NCBI GenBank assembly: GCA_000320545.1
Contig: ADNK01001197.1
Coordinates: 240,175 to 304,174, forward strand
Direction: 5' to 3'
Source: Bigelowiella natans CCMP2755
Taxonomy: Eukaryota; Protista; Cercozoa
Length of the DNA: 64,000 bases
In this document: positions 25,060 through 39,373 of the stretch, piece after piece
Position numbering within the stretch: the first letter of the stretch is position 1
How the letters are laid out: each line of letters begins with the position of its first letter
Notes under the pieces: generated by a model
Told to the model about the DNA's origin: nothing
Seen by the model: only the letters and a program-made list of their open reading frames with translations
Database searches by the model: none
Program-made: the position numbers and the translations under genes

Positions 25060-26780
25060 GTCACACATACATTATTTCGTGTAGCTTTGCATTCTCTGTG
25101 ACAGTACGTATCGGTGTGGTCTAGTGGTCTATGTGCGCGTGCAAGTCCAGCAGATATGTGTAATTTACTACTGTGCAATGAAGAATGGTTGTAGCCAACA
25201 ATGTCGTTCGGCGCGCAAACACCCACTCATTCGGAGGCAGTATGCATGACAGAGACAATTATGAACATGACAGAAAACAACTAGTACTGTCATGCAGAAA
25301 ACAACTGTTATCTCTCCATCATCGGCATTGTTGTTTGCTACGCTTGCTAGCTTGTAGAACACATGAATATAAACAATCTTCATGGTCATGCATCAGACGC
25401 GCAAGAATGCGCGTGGTTGAGCCTCTCAATTCCCACACATGTCCCCAAGCTTGCGCAATGATGTGCACGCGTGCGCACGATTACTAGATTAGCTTCGCGC
25501 TTGTCACTATACATTCATGGACACAATTGTGCAACAGCTAGCAGTAGCGTCCACAGATCGATGCTACAATGTAGTATGTCCGATCATCTAGTCATCATTC
25601 CGCACCAATATGCGCTAGCGAGCACATGCATGCAGATCTAGAGGCAGTGCTGAGTGTCGCATAGCACACAGCTAGCACAGGGATGCGGTCGTCTGGATCA
25701 GACTGATCGATCCGCGGAACATCGATATGTGGATGGCACAACGAGACATCATTTGCACATTGCAACGTACATGATCACATGCTACAAGCATGTTCACTGC
25801 TAGCTAGTTCAATCCACGCGATTGACGGCATGATGGCAAGTTGCGATGGCTACGATGTAGATGGCTAGATCTAGAGATGGTCATGTGCGCATTTTGCGAT
25901 CGATGCGAGTGACTTGTCGTGCTGCAATGGACAAGTGTGAGGTTGTAATGGACATGTGATGCATGTGATGATTATGCATTGCATGCACATGTGTAACAGC
26001 TGTGTCCATCATGGCTAGAAGGGCGTAGCATGTGTAGCTATCCACCATCTAGCCATGCGATGAACATCTACACCGTGTCTTTGCAGCACATGCGCGCCAT
26101 GTGTGGATACACACAGCAACGTGCCCCATTTCTAGATCTAACTACGTGTGCGTACGTGCATGTCTAGTACGTGAGCATGTTGCAAGCAATCTTCATTATA
26201 GACATGTAATACGATATATATAATATACATCATATTACTGTGGATACTTATTATAGACATGTAATACGATATATATAATATGTATCATATTACTGTGTCT
26301 ATTATCTTCGATCACATTCTAGCATTCTAGCATTGCTAGCGATTGTGCGACACACTTGCACAGCTACATGAGGATGACCATTGAACAAATTTGATTAATT
26401 CACTACATCTGTCTCACGCTGCTGCATCTGTGTTGTCATTAGTGCCGCCAGACACACACGGACACAGCGTGCATGAGCAACATGAAATCGTCGCACATTG
26501 CATTATTCTAGGCCCATTGTGCACACTGGTACACTCAGCACTCACGTCGTAGCAGACATGCATGTCTACAGCTGTATGTATGCATGCGATGCGTGTGCAG
26601 CACAAAAGAGTGCACGTGTAGTGCATGTGTGCGATGTTACATCATGCACATGTGCATCGTTCGATATATATAACATGGAAATCCTGCTTTTAAATGTTTG
26701 GAATTTCTCGCATGCGATAGCAGCATGTCTTTTGCGCAGAGGAAACCGCGACGCAAGTGAATGCTCTGCATCATGGATTT
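25060..26780. other. TpA-depleted block C
   Basis: CATG/TGCA/CTAG-saturated DNA between the MFS (+) stop and the convergent minus-strand gene end at 26994. Confidence 0.8.
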
Positions 26781-26993
26781 TCCATGACGAAAATGATCAT
26801 GATGAACTTCACAATCCTTACAACTGATTCATACAACCATACATACGCAGGTACGTAGGGGTCCTATCAATATATAACATCTTTAATAATAAATAAAGAA
26901 ACTTCACATGTTTTACTTGTTCGAGGCAAATTCATTGCATCTAATTTAATAGATCGTTATAATAAGGCAAATGTTAATGAGTATCATTATTCC

Positions 26994-27822
26994 TCATTCA
27001 AACAATGCTTTATCAAACTCATCATCATATGCAGAAGACTTTGAAAAATAACTTGTCTCGTCATCTACATCTCTCATAGAAGTAATAATTTTATTGACAT
27101 CATCATTGGTTATTTTCTCATTTTCATTAAACCGATTATCTTTAGTATTTACGTTAGAGTCGCCTTCGAAAAGCAGTTCCGTCTCTCCTGCATATCCACT
27201 TTGATGGATAGGAAGGCTCTTGGAATCATCGTAAAATAAACTATTTTCACCCTTCTGATCATGTTCTCGAAAAATTGAAAGCAAAGATGGGCGGTGATGA
27301 CTTTTCGCTGGATTGATGGCAATCTCAGCATTTGAATAAATAGATGGTCTACTATCACTAATGTCCTCGATTTGTAAGGGCATGTGCCGTGTCGGAGAAG
27401 AAGAAGAAGAAGAAGAACCCACTCCGCCCAGAATAGAAGGAAACTGCCAATTCACATCTCTTGGCAGCATATGATGAGGCAATGGCACCGGAAGTATCGA
27501 TGATCGTCCTCCTGACAATGACTGAAGCCTGATAATAACATTGATAGTAACAATTACAATAACAATAAAAATAATGATAATAATAATTTGTGTGATGATC
27601 AGCCTTAATCCATAATAATAATGCAGTGTATGCGGTAGTACACATATGAAGTTACTCACGTTTCCATTGCTGCTGCATTTGTTCCAGAGACCGTATCTTC
27701 GATATACTTTTGAGGATTTCCACCAACATCCATCATTTGGCGATCATCATCATCATCATCATCATCATCGTTGTCATGATTCATGACTAGCAATCCTGAC
27801 AGGATTTGAGGTCCGATTCTAT

Positions 27823-27858
<36 letters not shown>

Positions 27859-28385
27859 CAACGTGGTCATCATTCTCTTCTTCCTTTGCTTTCTTCTCCT
27901 CCCCCCTCTTAGCCTGCTTATCGCTCTTTCTTTTCCTAACTTCCTCATCGTCGTCAATGTCTTCAAATATTAAACCAGAAATTGATGAAGAAGCCGCAGG
28001 AAGGAGAGAAGGAGACGGCTGCTTGGATGCAGAAGTAAGACTGAAGTTGTTATCAGAATTAATAGCATTAGAGTGCTGCTGTTTCAGTGTAGAGAGGCTC
28101 CTATCTTCTTCTTCTTCTTCGGAGCAAAAGCTTCTCCCCCTCCTCATCCTCCTCATACTGCTGTTATTGCAGTTATGATGATAATGATGTACACGGGGTA
28201 GTAGCTTCGTTGTTGAAGTAGTTGCGGTATTCAGTACTGTCTCTTCTATTATTCGCTCATCTGATAAACAACCCCAAATATCCAACGCAACACAATTAAA
28301 ATTCCAATCAATATGATGATGATGAAGATGATGAAGATGATGATGATGATGGGCTTCTTTTTTCTTATCAGCCCTCACATTGCTA
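26994..28385 (-). CDS. Low-complexity coding exons; probably the C-terminal tail of the pepsin-like gene, or a separate hypothetical gene
   Basis: Two long open exons within ORFs 27656..28429 and 26994..27659, ending ...YDDEFDKALFE*. Confidence 0.45.
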
Positions 28386-28559
28386 TGTAATAGGCATATA
28401 TATATATATATATATATACATACATACATATATAAATTTCAACTCTCTTACATATTTCATAGATTATTTCTGATATGCGCTTGTCCGTGTGTTGTGTACG
28501 AGAGAGAGGGGGGGGGGGGGAAAGAGAAAGAGCTGATTTGCCTTTAGAAGTTTTCAAAG

Positions 28560-28781
28560 CTTTAATTTCCCCTCGAGATTTACATCGATTTAAGATGTAG
28601 TAACTAGGGTCCGGCCTAACGAAGCCAACTTTCTTACGGTACCTTCATGAAATCAATAAGAGGAGGAGGAGGAGGGGGGGGGGGATGCGGAGAGAAACAA
28701 CAAAAGGAAGATAGGAGATTAATAAGAAGAGGAAGAAAAAGAAGATGGTTTTTATGATCAGACTCAAAATGATATATGAGG

Positions 28782-28828
<47 letters not shown>

Positions 28829-29038
28829 ACATGATTATATGTAGCACGCACTGCTACGTAACAGGAATATGACATGAGAGGGAACATGATTATATCTTGC
28901 ACGCACTGCTACGTAACAGGAATATGACATGGCAAGCATCCTCCTCCTCCTCCTCCTCCTCCTCCTCCTCTTCCCTCCTCCTCCTCGCCATCTTTAGACA
29001 AGAATCAACAGAAAAAGAGGAAACCATACTAGAATTTG

Positions 29039-29069
<31 letters not shown>

Positions 29070-30248
29070 ATACCCGTCAAAAAGCACGTGCATTTTCCGC
29101 ATAAGTGTAAGACCCCACCACCATAAATCCTCCGGATTATCCTCGCCTACAACACAACACAATAAGGCAAAATAGTACATGATGATGACAACACAATAAA
29201 TAGTGTGTGGGGAGTGACTTCTTTATTCAAGTAAGAAGCATCATCATCATCATCATCATCATCATATGAATAACAATACTACACCTGAAACTCCTTCTAT
29301 TGCAGGCATGCAAGTTGTGTAGTCGTTTGCCCTTTTCCTCGTAATGAGGTCTTCTCCTCCAAGAGTGATGTTGATGTTCTTTGTAAGAGCATCAAACATT
29401 AGCAGCAGCAGCATAGTAGTAGTAGTAGTAGTAGTAGTAGTAGGAGTAGTGGTGGAAGAATGAATGATGATGATGATGGTGATGATAATTCAAGGGGGGG
29501 AAAACTAATATAGACTGTAATAACAGAGATAAAAATTAAGTAGAAATTAGCTGTCTTCTATTTTCAGAATGAACATGAACAGATACATGTGAAAGTGTGT
29601 GTGTGTGTATAGTATCTTAATACTACTACTACAACTGCTGCTACTGCTGAGTACTTTGTCGACGATAAACGTTAGATTTCCCAATTTGATATTATTTTCC
29701 ATGCATAATGGATCATAGTCAAGTCCTTAGCACAACAATTAAAAAAATAAAAATAAAAACCAGTATTGGGAAGAGGAGGAGGAGGAGGAGGAGGAGGAGG
29801 AGGAGGGTGCCTCATAAACCATCCAACCATTACAAAAGAGAGTAGTAGTTACATTAGTTAACAATCAATCGTAATGTTTTAGGAGCACGTATTTATCTTT
29901 GCTCTTGCTGTTCCATCATCATCATCATCATCATCATCCGTCACTACTCAAAAACAAATTAACCTTTTTCCAGTATTTTCATCACTGCCTTCATGGGGGC
30001 TTTAATGTCCATCTGAGCAGTTCTGAGCACAGCTCTGCAGCCCCCCCCCCCTTCTCCCTTGTTGACCATTGTGTTGTTACACACTCCCAACGACTCGTCA
30101 TTCCAGAGCACCTATGGTAGTAATAATTTTATAAGAAGAATTGATGATGACAAGGAAGAAGGGTAAAGCAGGCAGCATTGCTAAAGATATGCTCATGAAG
30201 CCACCATAGTAACGATACTACTAATATTGATGATCCACACGCATACCA

Positions 30249-30289
<41 letters not shown>

Positions 30290-30404
30290 TATATATTTTA
30301 TTATAAACAACATACATCCTGAAATTGTATAGTGAATGGCTTGGGTTTCTCCAACGTTTTTACCCAGAGCACCTTATCACGCGCTGCATTGAAATATCTG
30401 TAAA

Positions 30405-30440
<36 letters not shown>

Positions 30441-30973
30441 ACATTAGTAGTAATAGCAGTGCTACTATCAGTAATACTAATAGGTGTCCATCAAATCCAA
30501 ATATATCGTTGTAGCACCCCCCCCAATAGCAGCTAAATCTGCCTTCTCTTCTTCTCGAATAAATAGATACTGTTGGTTGATGTTTATTTGCTTTTATTAT
30601 TGTTAATGTTGTTGGAGTTAGTTAAAAAAGTAGTAATAGTAGTGGTGGTAGTAGCAGCAAAAGTAGATTTAGTAGTACTGATAAAATATAGAAGTAATTA
30701 CTACCATATATCACACTTCTAATAATAGTACTGATGAGGACTACGACAACGACGATAATACCTGTCATCAAAACCCCCGAGAGAAATGCAACCCCCCCCT
30801 CCAGCTCTAGGATCCATAAATATTGAGAAGAAGTGAGCAGGTCGGAGCATATTAATAACCTAACAACACAGTGATAATAATAATAAGAACAAAGACTACG
30901 TGGAGAACAAAAACATAGTAGAATAGTACTCACGACGACTAAGACAAAAGTAATCAACAGCCATCAACGCTTG

Positions 30974-31019
<46 letters not shown>

Positions 31020-31328
31020 CCAAATATTAATTGTATGAGTAACAATATATACGGAGTAAACTACTAAATTTATATACAAATAATGCTTCTTCGCTCCTGG
31101 GATGTGACTTCTGCTGCCTCTTCCTCACTTGTGTTAGTAGTTGTTATGCGTACTTATAACCCTTGTATTGTTTTTCTCTTCCCACTGAAAGCTAATATGT
31201 TCGTGAATAATATTACTTTGTCTGGAGTGAGATATGCTTTGGTGCTTGGAAGATCTCCATATCCATCGTATGCTTTAAGAGGAATGCTACTACTAGTAGT
31301 ATTTTGCAGAGAGGCTACTGCTGATAAA

Positions 31329-31367
<39 letters not shown>

Positions 31368-31511
31368 GTTTTGAGGTAGATGTAGTAGTACCAGGAATTG
31401 ATAAAGATGGTGATAACGACGATAAATGAAGATGGGTGTAGTTTTCCAAAAGAGGAGGACCATGGCATTCAGCAGCACCTTGGGTACTTGTTACATTACC
31501 TATTATTTATT

Positions 31512-31551
<40 letters not shown>

Positions 31552-31908
31552 CAAGATATAGAAGGCAGGAGAAGGTAATCTTGCGTGTTACTGTCTTCCA
31601 GAGCTATATGCCGCAATATAGACGCATGTTATGTTGGCTGTTGTGTGTATTTTCCAGTCATTCTTCCTCTTCTTTTGTGTGTGTGTGGGGGGGTGGATGG
31701 ATGTGCATGTGTGATGAAAAATAAATGCTGAAATAATATAACTTGATTAGTTTATACGGTTTCTCCTTTCTCAAGATGGAAATGAGGTAGAAGAAGCAGC
31801 AGCAGCAGTATTGTTGGTGATGATGTTCTCCAATATTAGTCTTGAGAAAGAAGTCCATCACCACATTATTGATACTTTAATTATTATTATCATTGTTACT
31901 ATCATCGT

Positions 31909-31946
<38 letters not shown>

Positions 31947-31966
31947 TAATAGAATGCCTGATGCTG

Positions 31967-31997
<31 letters not shown>

Positions 31998-32492
31998 TAC
32001 CAAGCTGCTGTTCCAGGAGCTCCTCCCCCCCCCATAGATCTAGTTGATTCTCTGTGATGTTCCATCCTCCGGTACCCTGCCCCTCTGCAGTAGAAGTAGC
32101 AAGTAGTTGTAGAACATAACGTGTGCTTATCATTAATAATAATAGGCCGCATATATCATATGATATTACAACCCTCCTTAACTACATAGGTAAGTGCAAT
32201 TGTAGTCGTAGTAGAAGTAGTAGCACCAGTAGTGGTAGTAGAAGTAATTGTAATAGTAATAGTAAAAGTAGTGCTGGTGATGCTAATGATTAGTAGCTCG
32301 AATAATAAATAACAATAGAGGTAATATAAACGTTGTGTCATCAATGATGAGCTCAATAACAGAGGAAACATCTCATTGCTTCTTGTACTAGTGGTAGTAG
32401 TAGTTGTTGTAGTAGAAGAAGAAGATTAGAGGACTTCAAAGATGTGATGGTGTGGACATTAGACACATACAAATACACACACAATGTGAATA

Positions 32493-32543
<51 letters not shown>

Positions 32544-32556
32544 ATTACATATTATG

Positions 32557-32607
<51 letters not shown>

Positions 32608-33450
32608 ATTAAAATGATTTCTATTAGATTACACATATTTGAACAATGTGTATGCGTATGTGTATGTGTATGTGTGTGTATATGTATCTTGGGAAGAGTG
32701 AAAGAGAGAGAGAGAATCACCAGTGATGTTTAACTGCTCTTTGAGGTGAATAAATTGAGTGATGAAATCATACTGAGTCTCTGTATGACCATGCCCCCCC
32801 CCCCCGATCCCAATAACACCAGCTGCCAGAAAGTTAACAGCATTGACCACATGAGAAGAATCTAGCATCTGATTGAAATAGTTTCCAGCGAAAGAAGAAG
32901 AAGAAGAAGATGATGATGATGATGTATAAAGCACGTGCAAACCATTCCGTATCTATGATCAACTCCTAATAAGCAGCACTATTCATTCTTATCTATTTGA
33001 TCAACTCCTATAAAGCAACATCATCCCCTTCTCTCTTCCTCCTCTTCGTATTGCTCTTGTTCTCTGCAACTTCTCTTTACTGCTTGCAAAACCAAGCCGT
33101 TTTCTTATCCATTGATGTTGTTGTTTCTTCTTCTTATTGTTGATACCATAACTACCTGTGCTAATGGCACTCCCTCTGCATAATATCCATCCATTGTAAT
33201 CACATCTTTGGTCATCGTTGCAGTGCTCACTAATCACATCAACACCCCACAACTTACTATTCTAATCGTATCTCATACATTGCTTAATAAGAATATACAA
33301 GAATAAGAAGGAGAGGGAGGAGAGGAAATAAGAGAGAAGATAAAGAGGCAGCAGCAGCAGCAGCAGAAACGATCTTTTGATTGAATGACCTTCTTTAATC
33401 GTTTCGTCGTCAAATGCTAGCATTGGATTAGGATCAGGGTGAACGATGAC
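28560..33450 (-). CDS. Pepsin-like (peptidase A1 fold) protein, probably catalytically inactive; start approximate
   Basis: Exons in pepsin order: ELEGGVAFLSGVLMT / YFNAARDKVLWV..HYTISG / VLWNDESLGVC...GGCRAVLRTAQMDIKAPMKAVMKI / C...LGNLTFIVDK / NINITLGGEDL...CMPAIEG / LWWWGLTLMRKMHVLFD / YRKKVGFV. Compare canonical GCxAIVDTGTS and WILGDxFLRxYYxVFD...RVGFA. Confidence 0.65.
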
Positions 33451-33669
33451 ATCTTTTAAGACTTTCGTCGCACAGGACGACGATATTCCTGAGAAAGTAT
33501 CATTATTATGAGATGTGAGACATATTCCTGAGAAAGTATCATTATTATGAGATGTGAGACATTAGGTCACATGACGAACAACACAGTGTAATAGTAATTA
33601 CCACCATCATCAGCATCATCATCATTATCATCGTCATCATCTCCACCATCAATACAGCTACTATACTAC

Positions 33670-34046
33670 TCTATAGGATTGTGCTCCTTCTCCTCCTCCT
33701 CCCCCTCCTCCTTGAACATGATGATGATGATGGTGATGATGATGATGTCATGATATAATAAATGTTGATTGGGTCTTCTTTATGTACACGTACCTTGTTC
33801 ATTTAAGGTTGGTAGCTTTGGTATAGGAGCAAACTTGCGAACCATCCTATTCAGTAGTAGTAACAGTGAGCGTAATCCTTTTATATCCAAGTATATGCAG
33901 CATATATTGCTAGTAGTAGTGCTAGTACTACCCTCCAGAAAGAGTGTTTAGATCTATAGACATGTTCCCCATTGCTTGTTCGTTTGCAGTGAAGTAATAA
34001 CTTATCTGAGTTGTAGTATGTAGTGATACAACCGAAGAATACGACG

Positions 34047-34091
<45 letters not shown>

Positions 34092-34200
34092 GACGATGAA
34101 AGAGTAGTAGCAGTAGTAGTAGTAGTAGTAGTAGTAGTATTAAAATCCAATAGTTTTTTAACGTACCATCATCGTCATCATCATCAGTAGCTACAACAAT

Positions 34201-34232
<32 letters not shown>

Positions 34233-34721
34233 TATCATCATCGTCTTATAATACTACGAGAAGAATATAGTAGCATTGATAAATAACAGGATGAAGAAGA
34301 CAACGAAGTTTCGTCTAAATTACTAGTTCTGAAAGTGTGGTAGTGCATCATCTGATTTGATTACTACTCACATACAGGTATGGCTACTACAACTGCTGCT
34401 GGTACAACTACAACAACTACTACTACTACTACTACTACTACTACATTATCGTTCGTATCAAATAAGAAAGAGAGATTCAACGGAGGAGATCTGATGTATA
34501 AAATAATCACACAACCATATCACCATCACCACCACCAGAAACAAATATGAGGGGGGGGAGGGGAGCTTGTGTAACAATGTTGGGAGGGTGAATCAAGAAA
34601 GAGGAAGGTCAATCATAACAGTATTTAAAGGAGGTAGAGAGGGTGAAGAAAGAGGGCCAGAGCATCACCATACGATGACCTCTATCAATGTAACAATGAG
34701 GTGTAGTGGTAGTAGTGGTAA

Positions 34722-34754
<33 letters not shown>

Positions 34755-34821
34755 AGTAAGCTTATCTGTCATCTATGCTAGTAGCATTATTACTATTCCT
34801 TAGATTGAATCATCTCTCTCC

Positions 34822-34866
<45 letters not shown>

Positions 34867-35006
34867 TATTGTTACAACCCTAGCATAACGTTTGCAAGAG
34901 CCATCGTTGATCCCATATTATTCCATCTAATGATGGTGATGATGATGATGATGATTATGATGATGAAACAACAAGCAGCTGCGAAAATGAATATGGATAA
35001 TGTATG

Positions 35007-35042
<36 letters not shown>

Positions 35043-35589
35043 ATACTAGTAGTAGCACATAAGTTATATTATTACTGTTAAGAAGATGAAAGATAAAATA
35101 ACGACACAAGAGTAATGGCATTGAAAACAAGCTTGTCTGCCAAACAACACGATGGTGGGTTGTTCGCATTTTATCTAGAAAATCCACCACAATCCCAAAA
35201 AAAACATAACAAAATTAAGAGAAGAAGACATTTAAATAGCTTTCCGTTTACTATTAACTCTCAGTAATCGTTAGACCACTTCTTTATTCAGCTCTATTTT
35301 GTCCTTACTATCATTTACTACTACTGCATAATATATTATAATAATAAATGTAGGCGAACAAAGACTCCTTACGAGTATTTGAGTGCAAGAGAGACGTGTG
35401 CATGAATTTCCGCTACTATTGTATCATTGTATGAGCATGGAATCTTGGGCAAAGGAGCCTCCACCTAGACAATTAGGAACATATATAAGAACAGTAGGAA
35501 CGATGTATTGCTGCTGCATGCTGCATGCTGCATGCTACAAAGATGATACTTAAATCATGATGTGTATAAAGGATTAGTATTTGTAGTAT

Positions 35590-35624
<35 letters not shown>

Positions 35625-35791
35625 AGTGCTCGCATGTGATGATGATCAGATACACTTCTACTGGTGATGATTCGGCATTATGATGATGATGATAGTGATA
35701 TTGTTTTGCAAGCAAATGACAACACTAGTAACAGTGCTAACCAACGCTTGTTTGTTGGAATAAATGGTGGTGAAGCAGAAAATTGTTCACG

Positions 35792-35826
<35 letters not shown>

Positions 35827-36008
35827 GTCACATCCTCATACTCTTACCGCACCCACAGTCTAAATTCTCTCATCCTACTTGTACGTTCTACTAGTAGTAG
35901 TGGTAGTAGTAGTAGTACCGGTCCTTTTGGTTTGTCAGTTAGTTCCTGCATCTTGTCTTCAACCTGCTTAGTTACGTCTTTTTCGTCTGGTATAGTTACA
36001 TTTGGTTG

Positions 36009-36039
<31 letters not shown>

Positions 36040-37062
36040 TGTTCTGAAGAATTTGTTGTATTGATATCATCGCTGTCGGTACTTGAAGTCGTCTCATCCT
36101 CCTCTTCATAGTTATTGTTTCCAAGGGTGCTACTAACATCGCTCGATGTCACATTATTAACATTTTTGCAGATCTGATCAAATCCCCCTCCGGAGAGATC
36201 TTCCCACACATTATCTATTGCATCTTCTGTGCAAGGATTGGAACATTGACAAACTCCGCTTGTACCATCGAAAAGGTTGCAATATCCACACTGGTTGTTT
36301 GTAGGATCATTAGGGTATGTTTTATTGAAGAGACATGGCCCTTCAAAGTGCTCGCATAGATCTCCTCTTCTCGTAAGGCAGTGCGTATTGTTATTGTATT
36401 TGCTCATATTCAGTACCAATTTGTTATAAAGTGTATAATTCTGCTTTGTAAGTTGATTTTGGTCAGTAGGCAGGGTGGAAGGAGCTGCTGCTTTTTCCTT
36501 TGTACATCTTCCATTACTGCTCACTCTGCAAATATTGGGAGGCACCCAGCTAAACGATCCACATAGAGGAGTTCTGTAGCACTCAAATTTGCATGCTTTA
36601 AAATCTGCCAACTTATTCGTATAATTGTTTGAGCATTCATATCCAATCATAAGATGCCATTGAATCCGCACATCAACAGTTTGATTTCCGATGGTGGCTG
36701 GTTTAGGAGGTGATTCAGTTTTGATGGAAGAGGATGATAAATGATAATCAGGGTCCTGATGATGATGATGAGGATAACCACGGCTTTTGTTGCCATAATA
36801 CAATTTTCTGTGTATTTCCCCTCCATTTTCCCAATTTTGCAATATTTGCTTTGTTTCTTTGACAGTAGCAGGGGTCTTCAATCGGTGCAGCTGTATACAA
36901 AGCAGAGACAGCAGCAGCCGGTGAGAAGAAGAAAAGAAGATGATGATGATGAGGAGGAGGAGGAGGAGGAGGAGGATGATAACGAATAAGACTAAAATCC
37001 TATGTATACAAAGTATACAGTTAATATGATTACGTTTGCACGTATCTTGATAAAGAACATCC
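33670..37062 (-). CDS. Cys-rich secreted or membrane hypothetical protein with PAN/apple-like and EGF-like segments (boundaries approximate)
   Basis: Hydrophobic N-terminal stretch near 36900-37000. Large exon 35844..36881 has DFKACKFECYRTPLCGSFSW..NICRV (PAN-like) and a second Cys cluster. Further short exons run down to ~33700. Confidence 0.5.
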
Positions 37063-37285
37063 GTGATTATTTAACTCATAACAAGTAGATATACAATCTG
37101 GTATTAATACATCATGCCCAAAACACAAATGTGGCACTGCTTAAGATGTCATTATTATTCATCACTCAGTAAATCGGAGAAACATCGAAATGAATCAATT
37201 GCTTCCATACTAAATTGTAGCACTACAAGTTCCATTGGCTCTAGAATGAGTTTATGTTAAGATTTTAGTAAATGCGATCCATTGT

Positions 37286-38205
37286 CATTGTACATCATCT
37301 CGGAATGGTGGTGGTGGTGGTGACACCGTAAATAATTCATTTTCTTCGTCGTCAAATAATAGATATCCGTCAGTGTCATTGCCAGCCCCTTCAATTTTCA
37401 GACTGCCCTCCTACATCACGACGAAAACCATGTAATTCTTCAATGAATTGTACGCTGATTCATCTTTGAACCTTTTCCTTCGGGAGATTAACTGCGCCAG
37501 CTGTGCTCTGGCAATGGAGAAATAAAATGATTATGATGGATCCTTCCACCCGTCCCCACATGGTGTCTTCCTTCTTTTACGATGATCTTGTTTCATTCAT
37601 CAGGTCCGATTCCCATTCCCATTATTTCCATCATTTCCATCTTCGCAGGCATTGTTTGAATTTGAAATGTTGTTCTTGTTGTTGTAGATGGAGGGCGTTC
37701 AAGATACGTACTAGCTTTAAACTATTGTCGTAGGGAGAAAAAGCCTTCCGCAAGCAATAAATCCATAAATGATCCCAGGTAATTATTATAATAGGGTTCG
37801 ATTTCGTGATAGCGACAATCATTTTATCCACATTGTGTGATGATAACTGCGGTAGTAGTAGTAGTAGTAGTAGTAGAGTAGTAGCAATTTTCAAATCATT
37901 CAAATCCACAATTGTTATTTCAAATCGTAGTAGTAGTAGTAGATCTAGTAGTAGTAGTAGTAGTAGTGCATCATTCAGCAAACCGCTGCTGCTTCCATGG
38001 CGTCTTGACGAAACTCCAGAAGAACTTGATCGAGACACACAAGCTTGTGGTGAGATTTCACCATGGTAGTGGGAGTATTCAAAGCTGGGATACTCTGCGC
38101 CATCGTTGGAGTTGCAGCTGCAATGCAAATCAATAGGTCAGCCGTGGCAAAACTTGCACCTTTTGATTGGAAGCAACATCTTCGTTTCAAGGGGAATTGC
38201 TTCAT
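37286..38205 (-). CDS. Small multi-exon hypothetical protein
   Basis: Exons RAQLAQLISRRKRFKDESAYNSLKNYM and EGSLKIEGAGNDTDGYLLFDDEENELF...DDVQ* with canonical splice sites. 5' structure uncertain. Confidence 0.4.
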
Positions 38206-38242
38206 ATAATGGTATTTTTTTAGGAGAGGAAATAGAACTATT

Positions 38243-38921
38243 ATGGAAATAAAGCGACATGTTCAAGGCAGTAGTAGTGTTCCAAGTGGATCAGGATTGG
38301 TACTGGGAATGTATAGTGATGAAAGGTTCTTTCCTATGCGGATCACAGATGACGATGGAGTTTTCACTGCCTATACGTGCGAAAATCTTGTGGAAAACAC
38401 AAATGAATGTGAAATTGAGATCAAGGGGAATAAGATAATGAAGGATGGGGTTCCACTTCAAATCAAACAAGCTCCGACTAAGGAGGAGCTTGAACAGGAA
38501 GACGAGCAGCAAAGTGCCATTAACAAGTTTGAGGGCCCAATTGACGATCCTAATTGTCCTGCTCCAACTTGCACCTTCAAGATTAAGGAAGCAGAGCCTC
38601 CCAACCCTATTCAAACGAACTCAAAGGGGGTAACAAAAATAAATGGAATAAATCAGTTTGTGTCACCATTACAAGAAATGATGTGGTATGTAGGGCGAAG
38701 CGATGACAACCTTCTACAATATTTTTGCTGATGATGGAGTATCACCATTATTTGTGCGCGCTGGAGATGGTCCAGTTACTGGGAATATGAAAGCATATAT
38801 ATACTATGGCGAGGCTAGGGATTCCTTATGCGACATTAACTTCTGCAAATTTGCAATAGAAAAGTAAGTTATATTGCACAATAAACTGAAAGATAATGTC
38901 AATGATACAGATAACACACAT

Positions 38922-38991
<70 letters not shown>

Positions 38992-39166
38992 CATATATCC
39001 ACGCACATGGCGGGGGGATGTTAATATTGTATGAGTGCTACTGAAGTATGTATGCTGAGGTATATTCGTGAAATATAGATACAAAGCTGCGGTGTCAAAA
39101 TGGGGTCTTGATGTTGAACAGTTATCGGATACTCAAAAAGAATTCAGCTCTGAATCTTCTGAATGA
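38243..39166 (+). CDS. Hypothetical protein, 2 exons, with an apparent 1-nt frameshift at ~38722-38726
   Basis: The 162-aa ORF continues in a shifted frame as FADDGVSPLFVRAGDGPVTGNMKAYIYYGEARDSLCDINFCKFAIEK, then a GTAAG intron, then YKAAVSKWGLDVEQ...SSE*. Confidence 0.55.
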
Positions 39167-39219
39167 ATTAAGTCTTCTCCCTTCTATAAAATTGAGACGG
39201 TGATTTTGTTTGCTTACAA

Positions 39220-39332
39220 TATCATATTCGCCTTGTCACTGCTGCGTGCATTGTATGCCTTGCATCATGTGCATTCATACGACACAGCACTGCGTGAGAT
39301 GATACGTCGTTGTTGAGATTGTCAACGGCGCT

Positions 39333-39373
<41 letters not shown>

